Shown: positions 63,401-64,000 of the stretch, piece after piece
Layout of the letters: each line of letters opens with the position of its first letter
Numbering within the stretch: position 1 is the stretch's first letter
Source: Trypanosoma brucei
Lineage: Eukaryota
Reading direction: 5' to 3'
Assembly: GCA_000002445.1 (NCBI GenBank)
Contig: CH464491.1
Span: 1,344,001 to 1,408,000, forward strand
Length of the DNA: 64,000 nt
Notes under the pieces: generated by a model
What the model was told of the DNA's origin: nothing
Databases searched by the model: none
The model's input: only the letters and a program-made list of their open reading frames with translations
Made by a program: the position numbers and the translations under genes

Positions 63401-64000
63401 ATGCCGCCGCGACCAGCAAAGGGACGTGCCGCGTTGTCATTTGTTGCATCTCGTGGTATTCCAGACAGCTTAGAGAGTTTTTTGGGCGATTTTTCACAAC
63501 CCGTCAAGAGCAACACAGAAGGGTCCGCTATGATGGAGGTGAATCTGAAGTTGCTGCAGAAAAGCAATGAAACAACCGTGCTCAAAGCTCTCGTGGAGCT
63601 GAACCGGGGGGCATCTGCTATGTCGGAGGAGGAGTTGGTGCATTACTTGCCGCAAGTCGTCGAGGCGGTCGTGCGGCACGCGGAGCACTCAAATGCATCG
63701 GTTCGCTCGGGTGTGTTTGCGCTACTGCATGAGTTTCTGTTACGCGGTTCATTGCTCCAACAAGCTGTGACCAAGCGCTTACCGAAACTTGCTTCTGCAT
63801 GGGTAAGTCGCATGTGTGACATGGAGCCGTCTGTACGCAGGGATGCATCGGATGCATTTAACGCTGCATACACTACGGAAGTACTTAAGCAACATGCAGA
63901 CAGTATTGTAACCGATCTTATTAGCAATTATGAGGAAATCATTGCCCAGAGCCGTGGAAAACCACTGCAGGATGACACGTTGGACCGTCGGTCGAACGCC
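63401..64000 (+). CDS. 5' portion of a gene running off the window edge; helical-repeat protein, possibly listerin (LTN1/RKR1)-like N-terminus
   Basis: ATG at 63401 (frame 2) is open to position 64000 with no stop. It is not in the ORF track because it is unterminated. MPPRPAKGRAALSFVASRGIPDSLESFLGDF...TTVLKALVELNRG...VRSGVFALLHEFL resembles the N-terminal region of listerin E3 ligases (G.PGFIGF...LRKLSKKD..TKLKALQE). The assignment is tentative. Confidence 0.4.
   Translation, partial: MPPRPAKGRAALSFVASRGIPDSLESFLGDFSQPVKSNTEGSAMMEVNLKLLQKSNETTVLKALVELNRGASAMSEEELVHYLPQVVEAVVRHAEHSNASVRSGVFALLHEFLLRGSLLQQAVTKRLPKLASAWVSRMCDMEPSVRRDASDAFNAAYTTEVLKQHADSIVTDLISNYEEIIAQSRGKPLQDDTLDRRSNA

Noticed and set aside
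1-64000. Possibility of a prokaryotic or phage-type system (operon, defence island, CRISPR array, toxin-antitoxin)
   Set aside because: The window is eukaryotic, kinetoplastid-like. It carries a eukaryotic RPL17, a TFIIS zinc ribbon, a dynein intermediate chain and an ANTH domain. Genes are single-stranded, separated by 0.3-4 kb U-rich spacers with polypyrimidine tracts. I saw no direct-repeat/spacer array, no RBS-coupled ORFs and no bacterial-type genes.

Overview
This window reads as a chromosome-internal region of a kinetoplastid nuclear genome, most consistent with the Trypanosoma brucei group. There are no prokaryotic-type features: no operons, CRISPR arrays, or Shine-Dalgarno-driven gene starts.

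Layout. On the minus strand at the left edge is a frameshifted retrotransposon hot spot (RHS) pseudogene (1037-3340) that still encodes its P-loop. Next to its 5' end, on the plus strand, sits a roughly 5.8 kb ingi/L1Tc-clade non-LTR retrotransposon (about 3356-9187). Its polyprotein starts with a 2A StopGo peptide (MLLSGDVEENPGP), followed by AP endonuclease, reverse transcriptase, RNase H and five C2H2 zinc fingers. The reading frame is broken by one in-frame TAA and one frameshift. From 9986 to the window end, all 24 genes lie on the plus strand, consistent with one directional polycistronic transcription unit. Genes are separated by U-rich intergenic regions with polypyrimidine tracts and dinucleotide microsatellites. 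The RHS/ingi block therefore occupies what looks like a divergent strand-switch region.

Genes I could assign from motifs:
- PDK/BCKDK-like mitochondrial kinase
- ANTH/CALM clathrin adaptor
- RPL17 (uL22)
- membrane-anchored J-protein
- RBR/RING E3 ligase
- enkurin-domain protein
- VP39-like cap 2'-O-methyltransferase
- WD40 protein
- ankyrin/TPR protein
- phosducin-like protein
- AAA ATPase
- HEAT-like protein
- TFIIS zinc-ribbon factor
- RBBP4/CAF1-p48-like WD protein
- DEAD-box helicase
- divergent PPP-family Ser/Thr phosphatase
- axonemal dynein intermediate chain
- FCP1/NIF-type phosphatase
- a partial listerin-like ORF running off the 3' edge

Two long gene-free intervals (11.3-15.0 kb and 43.9-47.9 kb) stand out.

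Caveat on the ORF track. It uses alternative start codons (TTG, GTG, CTG) shown as M. Where I checked the sequence I moved starts to the first in-frame ATG. All homology statements are motif recognition from memory, not search results.
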